Shown: one piece after another, positions 29,542 to 38,256 of the stretch | Numbering within the stretch: position 1 is the stretch's first letter | How the letters are laid out: each line of letters opens with the position of its first letter | From: Eubacteriales bacterium | GTDB taxonomy: Bacteria > Bacillota > Clostridia > Oscillospirales > CAG-382 | Reading direction: 5' to 3' | NCBI GenBank assembly: GCA_045657245.1 | Contig: JAZOSQ010000053.1 | Coordinates: 3,449 to 67,448, forward strand | Length of the DNA stretch: 64,000 nucleotides | Translations under genes and position numbers: made by a program | Notes under the pieces: generated by a model | What the model was told of the DNA's origin: nothing | The model's input: only the letters and a program-made list of their open reading frames with translations | Database searches by the model: none

Positions 29542-31137
29542 ATGAAAAAATATCAAGAAAGCAATCGCCGCTATTTTGTAGGGGCGTTGGTTAGTATTCT
29601 CATCGGCACGATTTTTGCAGTTGTTCTCCAGTTCTTCAAGGGCGATGTTCTGGACTATGCGGCTGCAGGTGATGTTCAAAAGACGATTCGTTATGCAACT
29701 TTGCTCATTGGCTTTATCCTTTGTGAGTGTCTATTCTATTTTCTTTATGATCGATTCAGCGCTAAATTTGTGGTGGGTTGTACTAAAGAGTTGAAGCACG
29801 ATATTATTTCAAGCATTGTTGCTCGTAGCTATGTTGCGTACAAGGATCATCAGCAGGGCGAGTATATTGCGAAATATACAAATGAAGTTGACGCTATCAA
29901 GGATCGCCGCTTCAGCATGCTCCCAATGTTTTGGGAAATTATATTCAAAATCTTTTTTGTGAGTGTTGCGCTTTTCCTTCTTGATTGGCGCATTGCGATC
30001 ATTACCATTGCGTTGTTGACAACGCCACTTTATATTCCAAAGCTGATTGAGAAAAGGTTGCAGAATGCGCAAACCGCATACATCAAAGCAGTTGAGGACA
30101 ACTTAGCAAAGGTCAATGATTGGCTTTCGGGGTTTGAAATCGTTAAGAACTTTTCTATCGAACAGAAAATCATGGGCAGATTCAAAACTGTCAATGATAA
30201 CACGATGGAAAAACTTCTGAAGGACACCCAACTTGGAACTGTGTCCCGGCTAATAACAACATTGATTTCATATTTGTCATATTTCATTGTTCTGGTTTGT
30301 GCAACATGGCTTGTGCTGAAAGGTGATTTTTCTGCCGGTGATTTTTTCGTTGCCGTTGGCATGATAGATCAGCTTTCCTACCCTCTGATTTCGTTGGCCG
30401 GAATCACTCGCCAGCTCATTGCGATTAAGCCTGCTTGTACTGCGATGGAGGAATTCTTGAATGTTCAAGATGTTGCCCAGAAAACAGGCATCGTTAAAAA
30501 TCTGAGGCGTGATATTCGTTTTAATGATGTATCGTTTTCCTATGATGGTCAGCGTCATGTTCTGAATGGATTTGACTTGACGATTTGCAAAGGAAAAAGG
30601 TATTTGCTGAAAGGTCCCAGCGGATGTGGAAAGACAACTGCAATCAATTTGCTGCTGAAGTATTATGATGTGGCTGGTGGCAATATCGAAATTGACGGAA
30701 AATCTTTAGATCAGATCGGCAGTACTTACAGCCTTATGACAGTGGTGCGGCAGGAAGCAACCTTGTTCCACGACACATTGAGGAACAACCTTACGATGTA
30801 TCAAGAAGTTTCGGACATCGAACTGTTTGAAATTTTGAAAAGTGTTGGGCTTGGTAGATATGCTAACACACAAGCGTTGGACGGTATCATTACGGAAAGC
30901 GGTTCGAATTTCTCCGGCGGAGAGAAGAAACGCATCTGCCTTGCACGAGCATTATTGAGAGATACCGATGTTCTGATTCTTGATGAGCCACTGGCAAACT
31001 TGGATTTTGAAACAGCACAGAAGATTGAAGACCTGTTGTTGTCGATTAAAGATAGGACAATTTTGGTTGTATCTCATCAGTTTACTGAAGATAAATTGAT
31101 TTGTTTTGACCAAGTGATTGATTTATCAATAAACTAA
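29542..31137 (+). CDS. ABC transporter, fused permease/ATP-binding half-transporter (type I exporter)
   Basis: An N-terminal six-TM domain followed by an NBD with Walker A GPSGCGKTT, signature FSGGEKKR and Walker B VLILDEP. Confidence 0.85.
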   Translation: MKKYQESNRRYFVGALVSILIGTIFAVVLQFFKGDVLDYAAAGDVQKTIRYATLLIGFILCECLFYFLYDRFSAKFVVGCTKELKHDIISSIVARSYVAYKDHQQGEYIAKYTNEVDAIKDRRFSMLPMFWEIIFKIFFVSVALFLLDWRIAIITIALLTTPLYIPKLIEKRLQNAQTAYIKAVEDNLAKVNDWLSGFEIVKNFSIEQKIMGRFKTVNDNTMEKLLKDTQLGTVSRLITTLISYLSYFIVLVCATWLVLKGDFSAGDFFVAVGMIDQLSYPLISLAGITRQLIAIKPACTAMEEFLNVQDVAQKTGIVKNLRRDIRFNDVSFSYDGQRHVLNGFDLTICKGKRYLLKGPSGCGKTTAINLLLKYYDVAGGNIEIDGKSLDQIGSTYSLMTVVRQEATLFHDTLRNNLTMYQEVSDIELFEILKSVGLGRYANTQALDGIITESGSNFSGGEKKRICLARALLRDTDVLILDEPLANLDFETAQKIEDLLLSIKDRTILVVSHQFTEDKLICFDQVIDLSIN

Positions 31138-31141
31138 TAAA

Positions 31142-31178
31142 AAGAATGTCCTGGGAATACTCCTAGGACATTCTTTTG
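31142..31178. terminator. bidirectional terminator (ABC exporter / yihY-like)
   Basis: 11-bp stem aagaatgtcct/aggacattctt. Confidence 0.7.
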
Positions 31179-31181
31179 TGT

Positions 31182-32000
31182 TTAATCGTCAATTTTTGAA
31201 GAAATTATATTGTTAATTTCTGCGCCGAGGAAGAGTATATACATACAGGTATATAGCCAAAGCATAAGTACGATAATCGCTGTCAAGCTACCGTAAATAT
31301 TGGCATAATTACTGAAATTTTCGACAAAGAACGAGAACAGTATCGAGAAGGAAACCCAACCTGCGCTCGAGATTACAGCACCGGGTATCTGGTCCAAAAA
31401 TCTCTGTTTGCCGCTAGGTAGCGACTTATATAGAAGCAAGAAGAAGAGGACGAGTATCAAGAAACCGAGGATGAAACGCAAAGAAGTGATGATATAAACC
31501 AAACCTTTAAGATTCGGGAACAGGGAATAGAGAAGTTCGCTTAATGTATCCCCGAATACGAGCAGGATAAGCGCTGCAATAATTATAACAATAAATGCGA
31601 TCGTATAGAATATAGCGAGCGTTCTTACCAAAAAATAGTTTCTGTTTTCCTTGATTTCGTACACCGAATTCAAACCACCAATTATAGCAAAAACACCTTT
31701 AGAAGCCGACCATAAAAGAACAACTGCCGAAGCGATAGTCAACGAAAGATTGCTTGTGCTGACAATTTCATCGACATAGGTGTTGAAAAATGAACGTACA
31801 AATTCGGGAGCAAAATCTTTTGCGGCGTTTGTGAATAAATCTGTTGTTGCACCGATTTGTTGCAACAATGAAAGCAACAACATTACAAGGGGGATCAACG
31901 AAAGGAACATAAAGAATGCAGTCTGTGCAGAATAAGCACTAATTTTACTTGCAGATGCTTTTCTGGAAAGATAGCGTATGCTTTTGATTATATTATTCAC
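31182..32000 (-). CDS. YihY/BrkB (ribonuclease BN-like) family membrane protein
   Basis: Contains SAYSAQTAFFMFLSLIPL, and the six-TM layout is typical of the family. Confidence 0.8.
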   Translation of the reverse strand: MNNIIKSIRYLSRKASASKISAYSAQTAFFMFLSLIPLVMLLLSLLQQIGATTDLFTNAAKDFAPEFVRSFFNTYVDEIVSTSNLSLTIASAVVLLWSASKGVFAIIGGLNSVYEIKENRNYFLVRTLAIFYTIAFIVIIIAALILLVFGDTLSELLYSLFPNLKGLVYIITSLRFILGFLILVLFFLLLYKSLPSGKQRFLDQIPGAVISSAGWVSFSILFSFFVENFSNYANIYGSLTAIIVLMLWLYTCMYILFLGAEINNIISSKIDD

Positions 32001-32101
32001 GGTTTTGCGTTCCTTTCTATAGATTGATTTTATATGTGCGAGATTGACTTAAGAATGAAAATATGTTATAATTCGTTCAATATTAATTTTGGAGTTTTAG
32101 T

Positions 32102-32608
32102 ATGGTACGTTATACCAGCAATTTCACAAAAAAAGAATTAACAGAACGTTGGGATGAATATACGTCTCCAGCAAGATTTGCGGGGGCGGACGAAACGCTT
32201 GATCTTATATTCTGTGCAAAACGTCGCGGCGATTCTGTCAAACTTATGAGAAGAACGAAGGTTTCGCGCGATCCGTTTTCGGCAATTTTTTATGGTATAA
32301 TTAAAAGCACCAAACAGGGAAGTGTGATTGTGGGTTTTTATGCAAAAGCAATTCTTGATTATCTTCTCGTAGGAATTGTATTGGGATTGCTGTTTTGTAT
32401 GCGTTCTTATATTATTGAACGAGGCGAATCGTTAAATACGATAAATTCACTTTTGATTGTTGCTATAATCGGCGGATTGATTCTTTTGAGAAATACACGA
32501 ACCGCAAAAAGAAAGTTTTCGGAACTGATTTTCAAGATAACAGATAGTGAATTGCCGTTATATTTGAACCGAAAAGCAACGAAAGAACTTGAAAATAAAG
32601 AAATATAA
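32102..32608 (+). CDS. hypothetical membrane protein
   Basis: 168-aa ORF with two central TM helices. A TTGACT-17-TATAAT promoter lies upstream. No family recognised. Confidence 0.45.
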   Translation: MVRYTSNFTKKELTERWDEYTSPARFAGADETLDLIFCAKRRGDSVKLMRRTKVSRDPFSAIFYGIIKSTKQGSVIVGFYAKAILDYLLVGIVLGLLFCMRSYIIERGESLNTINSLLIVAIIGGLILLRNTRTAKRKFSELIFKITDSELPLYLNRKATKELENKEI

Positions 32609-32790
32609 CCTTTACTAAAAAGAGTCGGCGATAAAATCTCGTCGGCTTTTTATATTTATGCTCTTTAATGCTTAACCAATTATATCATATAAATTCCAAA
32701 TTTTCAATGGATTTATGAATATTTACTTGCAAGAATAAGGATGATGTGATATCATATTAATAGAAAGCAACGCTTGAAAGGAGCAATATT

Positions 32791-33408
32791 ATGCATAAAA
32801 TCATCACAATAGGAAGACAATTTGGTACATTGGGCTCTGAAATCGGTAAAAAGCTTTCCGAATTAACGGGTATTCCTTGTTATGACAGAGAAGCGTTGGT
32901 GAAAATAGCTATCGAACATGGGATTCCGCTTGAAACGTTCGAAAAAGCAGACGAACAAGCGACGTCAAGTTTTCTGTATTCACTTGCGATAACGGGTTAT
33001 AACGGAAATATTGCAAATTATGGAATCAATGATTATATTTACACCGATCGTGTTTTTAATGTACAATCCGAGGAAATGAAGAAACTTGCCGAAAACGGTG
33101 ACTGTATATTTATCGGACGTTGCGCTGATGATATTCTTTCTAATTGTGAGGGAGTATTAAAAATTTTCATCCACGCTCCGATTGAATACCGAGTTGAAGT
33201 TATGAAAGAAAATGGTATAACGGATGAAAACGCGGCAAAGAAATATATCGCAAAAGCCGATAAAAAACGTGCGTCATATTATAATTTCTATACAGGAAAA
33301 GGATGGGGCGATCCCAAAAACTATCATATGAATATAGATAGTAGCCTGTTAGGCGTTGACGGCACGGCAATGATGATAAAACACCTTATCGATGAATTTT
33401 ACAAATAA
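32791..33408 (+). CDS. cytidylate kinase-like family protein
   Basis: MHKIITIGRQFGTLGSEIGKKLSELTGIPCYDRE is typical of the family. AAAGGAG RBS. Confidence 0.7.
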   Translation: MHKIITIGRQFGTLGSEIGKKLSELTGIPCYDREALVKIAIEHGIPLETFEKADEQATSSFLYSLAITGYNGNIANYGINDYIYTDRVFNVQSEEMKKLAENGDCIFIGRCADDILSNCEGVLKIFIHAPIEYRVEVMKENGITDENAAKKYIAKADKKRASYYNFYTGKGWGDPKNYHMNIDSSLLGVDGTAMMIKHLIDEFYK

Positions 33409-33420
33409 GTACAAAAAAAT

Positions 33421-33455
33421 AAGTCCGCAGGAATTATTCCTGCGGACTTTAATTT
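33421..33455. terminator. bidirectional terminator
   Basis: Stem aagtccgcagga/tcctgcggactt with flanking A and T runs. Confidence 0.75.
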
Positions 33456-33460
33456 TGCAA

Positions 33461-34582
33461 TTAGTGAGCGATGATCTGTTCGGTATCTTTATCGAAGATG
33501 TGGATACGAGTTGTATCAACAGCAATCTTAATTGTGTCGCCTGCTCTTGCAGAGGACTGAGAAGATACTCTCGAAACGAGAGTGGTTTCTTCACCAACAT
33601 TGAGGTAAAGGTAGATTTCAGCGCCCATAAGTTCGGTAAATTCAACGTTAGCTTCGATGATGGTGTCCTTGAATTTTTCCATGTATACAGGTTCGTCATG
33701 GAGAAGTTCGGGACGAAGGCCGGCGATAACTTCTTTGCCAACATAGTCAGCGAGGTTGTTATCTTCGAACTTGGAAGGATCAAGCTTGAAGGAAACGTTT
33801 TCGAATTCGAGGAAGCAGTCATCCTGTCCCTTGGGTTTGCTGATTCTTGCATTTACGAAGTTCATCTGAGGAGTTCCGATGAAGCCCGCAACGAATACGT
33901 TGCAAGGGAAGTCATAAAGGTTCTGAGGAGTATCAACCTGTTGGATGATACCGTCCTTCATAACAACGATACGAGTAGCCATGGTCATAGCTTCGACCTG
34001 GTCGTGGGTAACGTAAATGAAGGTTGTTTGGAGCTTCTGATGAAGTTTAGTAAGCTCGGTTCTCATGGTAGCACGGAGCTTAGCGTCAAGGTTGGAAAGC
34101 GGTTCGTCAAGAAGGAATACCTTAGGTTCACGAACGATTGCACGACCGAGCGCTACACGCTGTTTCTGACCACCGGAGAGAGCCTTCGGCTTTCTGTCGA
34201 GAAGGTGGGTGATATCGAGAATTCTAGCTGCCTCTTCAACGCGGCGCTTGATTTCTTCTTTTCTTACTTTACGAAGCTTAAGACCAAATGCCATGTTATC
34301 GAAAACAGACATATGGGGATAAAGAGCGTAGTTCTGGAAAACCATCGCTATATCTCTGTCCTTAGGCGCAACGTCGTTAACTCTCTTGTTATCGATAAAG
34401 AGTTCGCCTTCGGTGATTTCTTCAAGACCTGCGATCATTCTGAGGGTGGTGGTTTTACCGCAACCCGAAGGACCAACGAAGATGATGAATTCCTTATCCT
34501 TGATATCAAGGGTAAAGTCGGATACAGCAGTTACACCGCCGGGATACCTTTTGTAAAGGTGTTTGAACAATACACTTGCCAT
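33461..34582 (-). CDS. sugar ABC importer ATPase (MsmX/MalK/UgpC family), orphan
   Basis: GPSGCGKTTTLRMIAGLE, LSGGQKQRVALGRA and a C-terminal regulatory (TOBE-like) domain. No permease or SBP gene is adjacent. Confidence 0.85.
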   Translation of the reverse strand: MASVLFKHLYKRYPGGVTAVSDFTLDIKDKEFIIFVGPSGCGKTTTLRMIAGLEEITEGELFIDNKRVNDVAPKDRDIAMVFQNYALYPHMSVFDNMAFGLKLRKVRKEEIKRRVEEAARILDITHLLDRKPKALSGGQKQRVALGRAIVREPKVFLLDEPLSNLDAKLRATMRTELTKLHQKLQTTFIYVTHDQVEAMTMATRIVVMKDGIIQQVDTPQNLYDFPCNVFVAGFIGTPQMNFVNARISKPKGQDDCFLEFENVSFKLDPSKFEDNNLADYVGKEVIAGLRPELLHDEPVYMEKFKDTIIEANVEFTELMGAEIYLYLNVGEETTLVSRVSSQSSARAGDTIKIAVDTTRIHIFDKDTEQIIAH

Positions 34583-34710
34583 TTGTAACCTCCATAATGA
34601 GTATGAAACATCTCATTTTTATCAATACAATAATACCAAAAAAAGATAATAAATGGTAGTGCTTAATTATCCAAAAATTACGACCTCTGTTTATCTATTT
34701 TGCATAATAA

Positions 34711-35181
34711 TTACGATTTTTCAAAACCGTGAACAAATCCCTCACCCGATGACGAAGAAACATCACCTGCGATTACTCTTCCGTTTCTTATGAACAGTGT
34801 CGCAAATACATCGCCTTCGGTGCCGTAATTTGTGATTTTGAATACATAAGCACTTGCGGTTTTTCCGCAATATCTTTTAAGGTTTAAGCCCTGAGCACGT
34901 TGGATTTCGTTATATTTTTCATATACCGTGTTGAATTCTTCGGGAATCTCCAATTCGTGGATTTCGCACGGTTTCAATTCGGTTTCATATCCGAATTCGG
35001 AAAGAAATTTCACCATATCTTCTTCTGAAGAAATATTCTTGAAATTTGTTGTAACACTTGCGACGTCGGTCGCTGCGTTTATTGAAGGTAAGACACCGAT
35101 TGCAGTTACCAATAGGGCAACAGACAGCGCAACAACGACAAAAAATTTCAATCCTGATGCTTTCATTGTGTATACGAACAT
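34711..35181 (-). CDS. DUF4830-like protein with an N-terminal anchor
   Basis: 156 aa with a TM/signal helix and a pattern (KFLSEFGYE...EIPEEF...YNEIQRAQG) recalled from DUF4830 proteins. Confidence 0.55.
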   Translation of the reverse strand: MFVYTMKASGLKFFVVVALSVALLVTAIGVLPSINAATDVASVTTNFKNISSEEDMVKFLSEFGYETELKPCEIHELEIPEEFNTVYEKYNEIQRAQGLNLKRYCGKTASAYVFKITNYGTEGDVFATLFIRNGRVIAGDVSSSSGEGFVHGFEKS

Positions 35182-35240
35182 TTGTTAATCGCTCCTTAAA
35201 TAATTCTTGATAAATTATATAAGGAGTGGTTGGAAAATAT

Positions 35241-37160
35241 TCATTCCGAGTAAGAATTGATGATTTCATCAAGACGTTCGAGTTCTTGATATAGTTCGTC
35301 AATGCGATTCTCGATTATTCTTTCTTTCTCGTAAAGTTCGTTGAGCGCAACGTAATTTGTGATAATTTCAGGGGCGTTTTCTTGGTTTTTTAGGATCGAT
35401 AACTCGTTTTCGAGTGACGCGATTTCTTTTTCCGCTGATGCATATTTGGTTACAGCCGAGCGATATTGATTTTTTCGCTGTTTTGCTTCTTCAAAACTGA
35501 TTTTACCTACATTTGAAATGATTTCTTGAACGATAGGATTTTTTTTCTTAATACTGCGTTTTGCAATGTATTCATTATAATTTGATTTTGCATAGGAATA
35601 ACCTATTTCAAAATCGTTTCTATTGATTTCGAGAATAGCCGTTGCAAGACTGTTTATGAAATATCTGTCGTGTGAAACAACAATAATAGTTCCGTCGTAT
35701 TCTTTCAAAGCATTTTCGAGCATTTCGCGTGAATCAATATCGAGATGGTTTGTAGGTTCATCAAGAATAAGAAGACTTACACCGCAAGATACCATTTTTG
35801 CAATCGAAAGCCGTGCTCTTTCACCACCGCTTAAAACAGAAACGCTCTTAAAAACATCTTCGCCCCTAAAACCGAAACTTGCGAGCATAGAACGAATTTG
35901 GGTATTTGTCTTATCGGAATATACACTCCAAATTTCATCAATAACGGCGCTGTTTTGGTTAAGAAGCTGTTGCTCCTGATCGTAATATCCGATGGTTTGA
36001 TTATAACCGAATTCAAAAATCCCGTTATTTTGAGTTTCTCTGCCGGTTAAAATCTTCAATAAAGTTGATTTTCCGCAGCCGTTTGAACCGATTATGAAAA
36101 GACGTTCGTTCTTTTTGAGTTCAAAAGAAAGATTTTCAAAAAGCGTTTTTTGAGGATATGACATAGAAAGATTGCGGACAGACAGAACGTCTTTTGTGGT
36201 GGAGCCCGAGCCCGAAATTGAAAACGAAATGCCTTTTTCCTTTCCTTTCGGTTTTTCGAGTTTTACCATTTTATCAATCGTTTTCTGACGGCTTTCCGCA
36301 GCAATAATGTTCTTTTCACGATTCCATTTTCTTTGGTTTTCGATAAAAGCTTCCAGACGAGCTATTTCTTTTTGTTGAAGGTTATAATGCTTTAATTTAG
36401 CTTCGTCGAGCGCTTTCTTTTTTTCTTTGAAAACACTGTAATTACCATCATATGTTTCGGAAATGCCACGCGAAATCTCGATGGTTTTGTTGGTTGTGTT
36501 ATCAAGGAAATATCTATCGTGCGAGATAATAAGGAAGGTCTTTTTTGATGATTTTATAAAACCTTCCAACCATTCGCAAGTTTCTGCGTCCAAATGGTTT
36601 GTCGGTTCGTCCAAAAGCAGAATATCGGGTTCGGAAAGTAACAATTTTGCAAGCAAAAGCTTTGTCTTTTGACCGCCACTCAATGAATCTGCACTGTTGT
36701 TAAAGTCGTTTTCGTTAAATCCGAATTTTGCAAGCATTGATTTTGTCTTGCTTCTGAATTCGTTGCCACCGTTAAAATTGAATTTTTCGTTCGCATCAAG
36801 ATATGTTTTGATTAAATTCTCGTTGCCAAGCTGAATTTGAACGTTAAGCTCATTAATATAGTTCTCTAGCGCCAACAATTCTTCAAAAGCAGATAGCGCA
36901 CCTTCATATATTGTCGAGTTGAAGCGGTAGGAATCGTTTATTTGTTCAAGAAATCCGATTTTTGTGCCGGATGTAATGAAGATGTCGCCGCTTGATGGTT
37001 CAAGCTTACCTCTTATAAGCGATAATAACGTCGATTTTCCTGCGCCGTTAACGCCGATTATGCCGACTTTATCACCGGCATTCACGGAAAAATTTATATT
37101 TTCGAGTATTACGTCTGCTCCGTATGAAAGCGAAACACCGTCACATACAATTATGCTCAT
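35241..37160 (-). CDS. ABC-F family ATPase (tandem NBDs, C-terminal coiled coil)
   Basis: Two complete NBDs (GVNGAGKST/LSGGQK and GSNGCGKST/LSGGER) and no TM domain. The ATG follows a GAGGG RBS. A TTGACA-17-TATCAT promoter and a short 5' UTR lie upstream. Confidence 0.85.
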   Translation of the reverse strand: MSIIVCDGVSLSYGADVILENINFSVNAGDKVGIIGVNGAGKSTLLSLIRGKLEPSSGDIFITSGTKIGFLEQINDSYRFNSTIYEGALSAFEELLALENYINELNVQIQLGNENLIKTYLDANEKFNFNGGNEFRSKTKSMLAKFGFNENDFNNSADSLSGGQKTKLLLAKLLLSEPDILLLDEPTNHLDAETCEWLEGFIKSSKKTFLIISHDRYFLDNTTNKTIEISRGISETYDGNYSVFKEKKKALDEAKLKHYNLQQKEIARLEAFIENQRKWNREKNIIAAESRQKTIDKMVKLEKPKGKEKGISFSISGSGSTTKDVLSVRNLSMSYPQKTLFENLSFELKKNERLFIIGSNGCGKSTLLKILTGRETQNNGIFEFGYNQTIGYYDQEQQLLNQNSAVIDEIWSVYSDKTNTQIRSMLASFGFRGEDVFKSVSVLSGGERARLSIAKMVSCGVSLLILDEPTNHLDIDSREMLENALKEYDGTIIVVSHDRYFINSLATAILEINRNDFEIGYSYAKSNYNEYIAKRSIKKKNPIVQEIISNVGKISFEEAKQRKNQYRSAVTKYASAEKEIASLENELSILKNQENAPEIITNYVALNELYEKERIIENRIDELYQELERLDEIINSYSE

Positions 37161-37273
37161 CAATAACCCTCAATTAATTTATTCGGTTTATGATAACATA
37201 TTAATTTTTTTATGTCAAACAAATAAAATATCGCTCCCGTTTCGGAAGCGATATTCCAATATTTTATTTTGTG

Positions 37274-37486
37274 TTATTCGAGCGCTGCTGCGGTTTCGCG
37301 GCTTCTGAAGAAAAGACTTATCAACCAAAGACCGCTTATTGCAACAAGGGTATAGATGATTCTGCTTACGATATCGCCTTGACCGCCGAAGATCCAAGCG
37401 ACGATATCGAAACGGAAAAGACCTATCGAACCCCAGTTGACAGCACCGATTATAACAAGGAATAATGCTATTCTGTCAAGTATCAT
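37274..37486 (-). CDS. DUF378 family small membrane protein
   Basis: 70 aa with the IIGAVNWGSIGLFRFDIVAWIFGG signature. Confidence 0.75.
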   Translation of the reverse strand: MILDRIALFLVIIGAVNWGSIGLFRFDIVAWIFGGQGDIVSRIIYTLVAISGLWLISLFFRSRETAAALE

Positions 37487-37599
37487 AATTTCATCCTCCT
37501 CGATGATATTTTGTTCAATTATAAATTAAATATACGTTGACTTTAAGGAATATTTTGGTTATTATATTTATTGTAATTTTTCAAAACGAGGTATTCGAC

Positions 37600-38256
37600 A
37601 TGAGAATGAGACCGAAAAAGAACCGTGATATTCGTATGGAAAAGGTTAAATCCCTCTTTCTTCCGCTTAACGAAGACGGTGTTGGTGAAATTGAAACTGC
37701 GTATGACACCAAAGGTGAATTATATTTGGAAATAGGTTGTGGAAAAGGCGCTTTTATAACAGGACTTTCGAAAATGTACCCAAACGAACGCCTTCTCGCG
37801 GTCGAACTTGTTCCCGACGTCTTGATGATGGCGATGGAAAAGGCAGATAGGGAAGAGCTCAAAAACGTTCGTTTTCTTAATGCTAATGCAGAAAATATCA
37901 CAAATATTATTACCGAAAAATCTGTTTCGAGACTCTATCTTAACTTCTCGGATCCTTGGCCGAAGAAACGTAACGCAAAAAGAAGATTAACGAGCCCTTT
38001 GTTCCTTGAAAGGTATAAAAAAATACTTGCCGAGGACGGCAAGATATTTTTCAAGACCGATAATAGGCCGTTATTCGATTATTCGTTGGAAACATTCGCA
38101 GAATGTGGTTTTACATTAAGCGACGTTTGCTTTGATTTGCACAATGATCCGATTCTATCGAAAAACAATATCGAAACAGAATACGAAAAGAATTTCTCGG
38201 CGAAAGGCTTTACGATTAATTACCTTGTTGCTGAAGTTCAGAAAGACTGTCAATAA
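37600..38256 (+). CDS. trmB: tRNA (guanine46-N7)-methyltransferase
   Basis: LEIGCGKGAF SAM motif and FSDPWPKKR. The start was set at the ATG after a GAGG RBS. Confidence 0.85.
   Translation: MRMRPKKNRDIRMEKVKSLFLPLNEDGVGEIETAYDTKGELYLEIGCGKGAFITGLSKMYPNERLLAVELVPDVLMMAMEKADREELKNVRFLNANAENITNIITEKSVSRLYLNFSDPWPKKRNAKRRLTSPLFLERYKKILAEDGKIFFKTDNRPLFDYSLETFAECGFTLSDVCFDLHNDPILSKNNIETEYEKNFSAKGFTINYLVAEVQKDCQ

Noticed and set aside
35241-37160. The ABC-F protein as an antibiotic-resistance (ARE) determinant.
   Set aside because: The sequence alone does not let me distinguish ARE from housekeeping ABC-F classes. The 5' UTR is short, with no leader ORF or attenuator, unlike inducible ARE genes.
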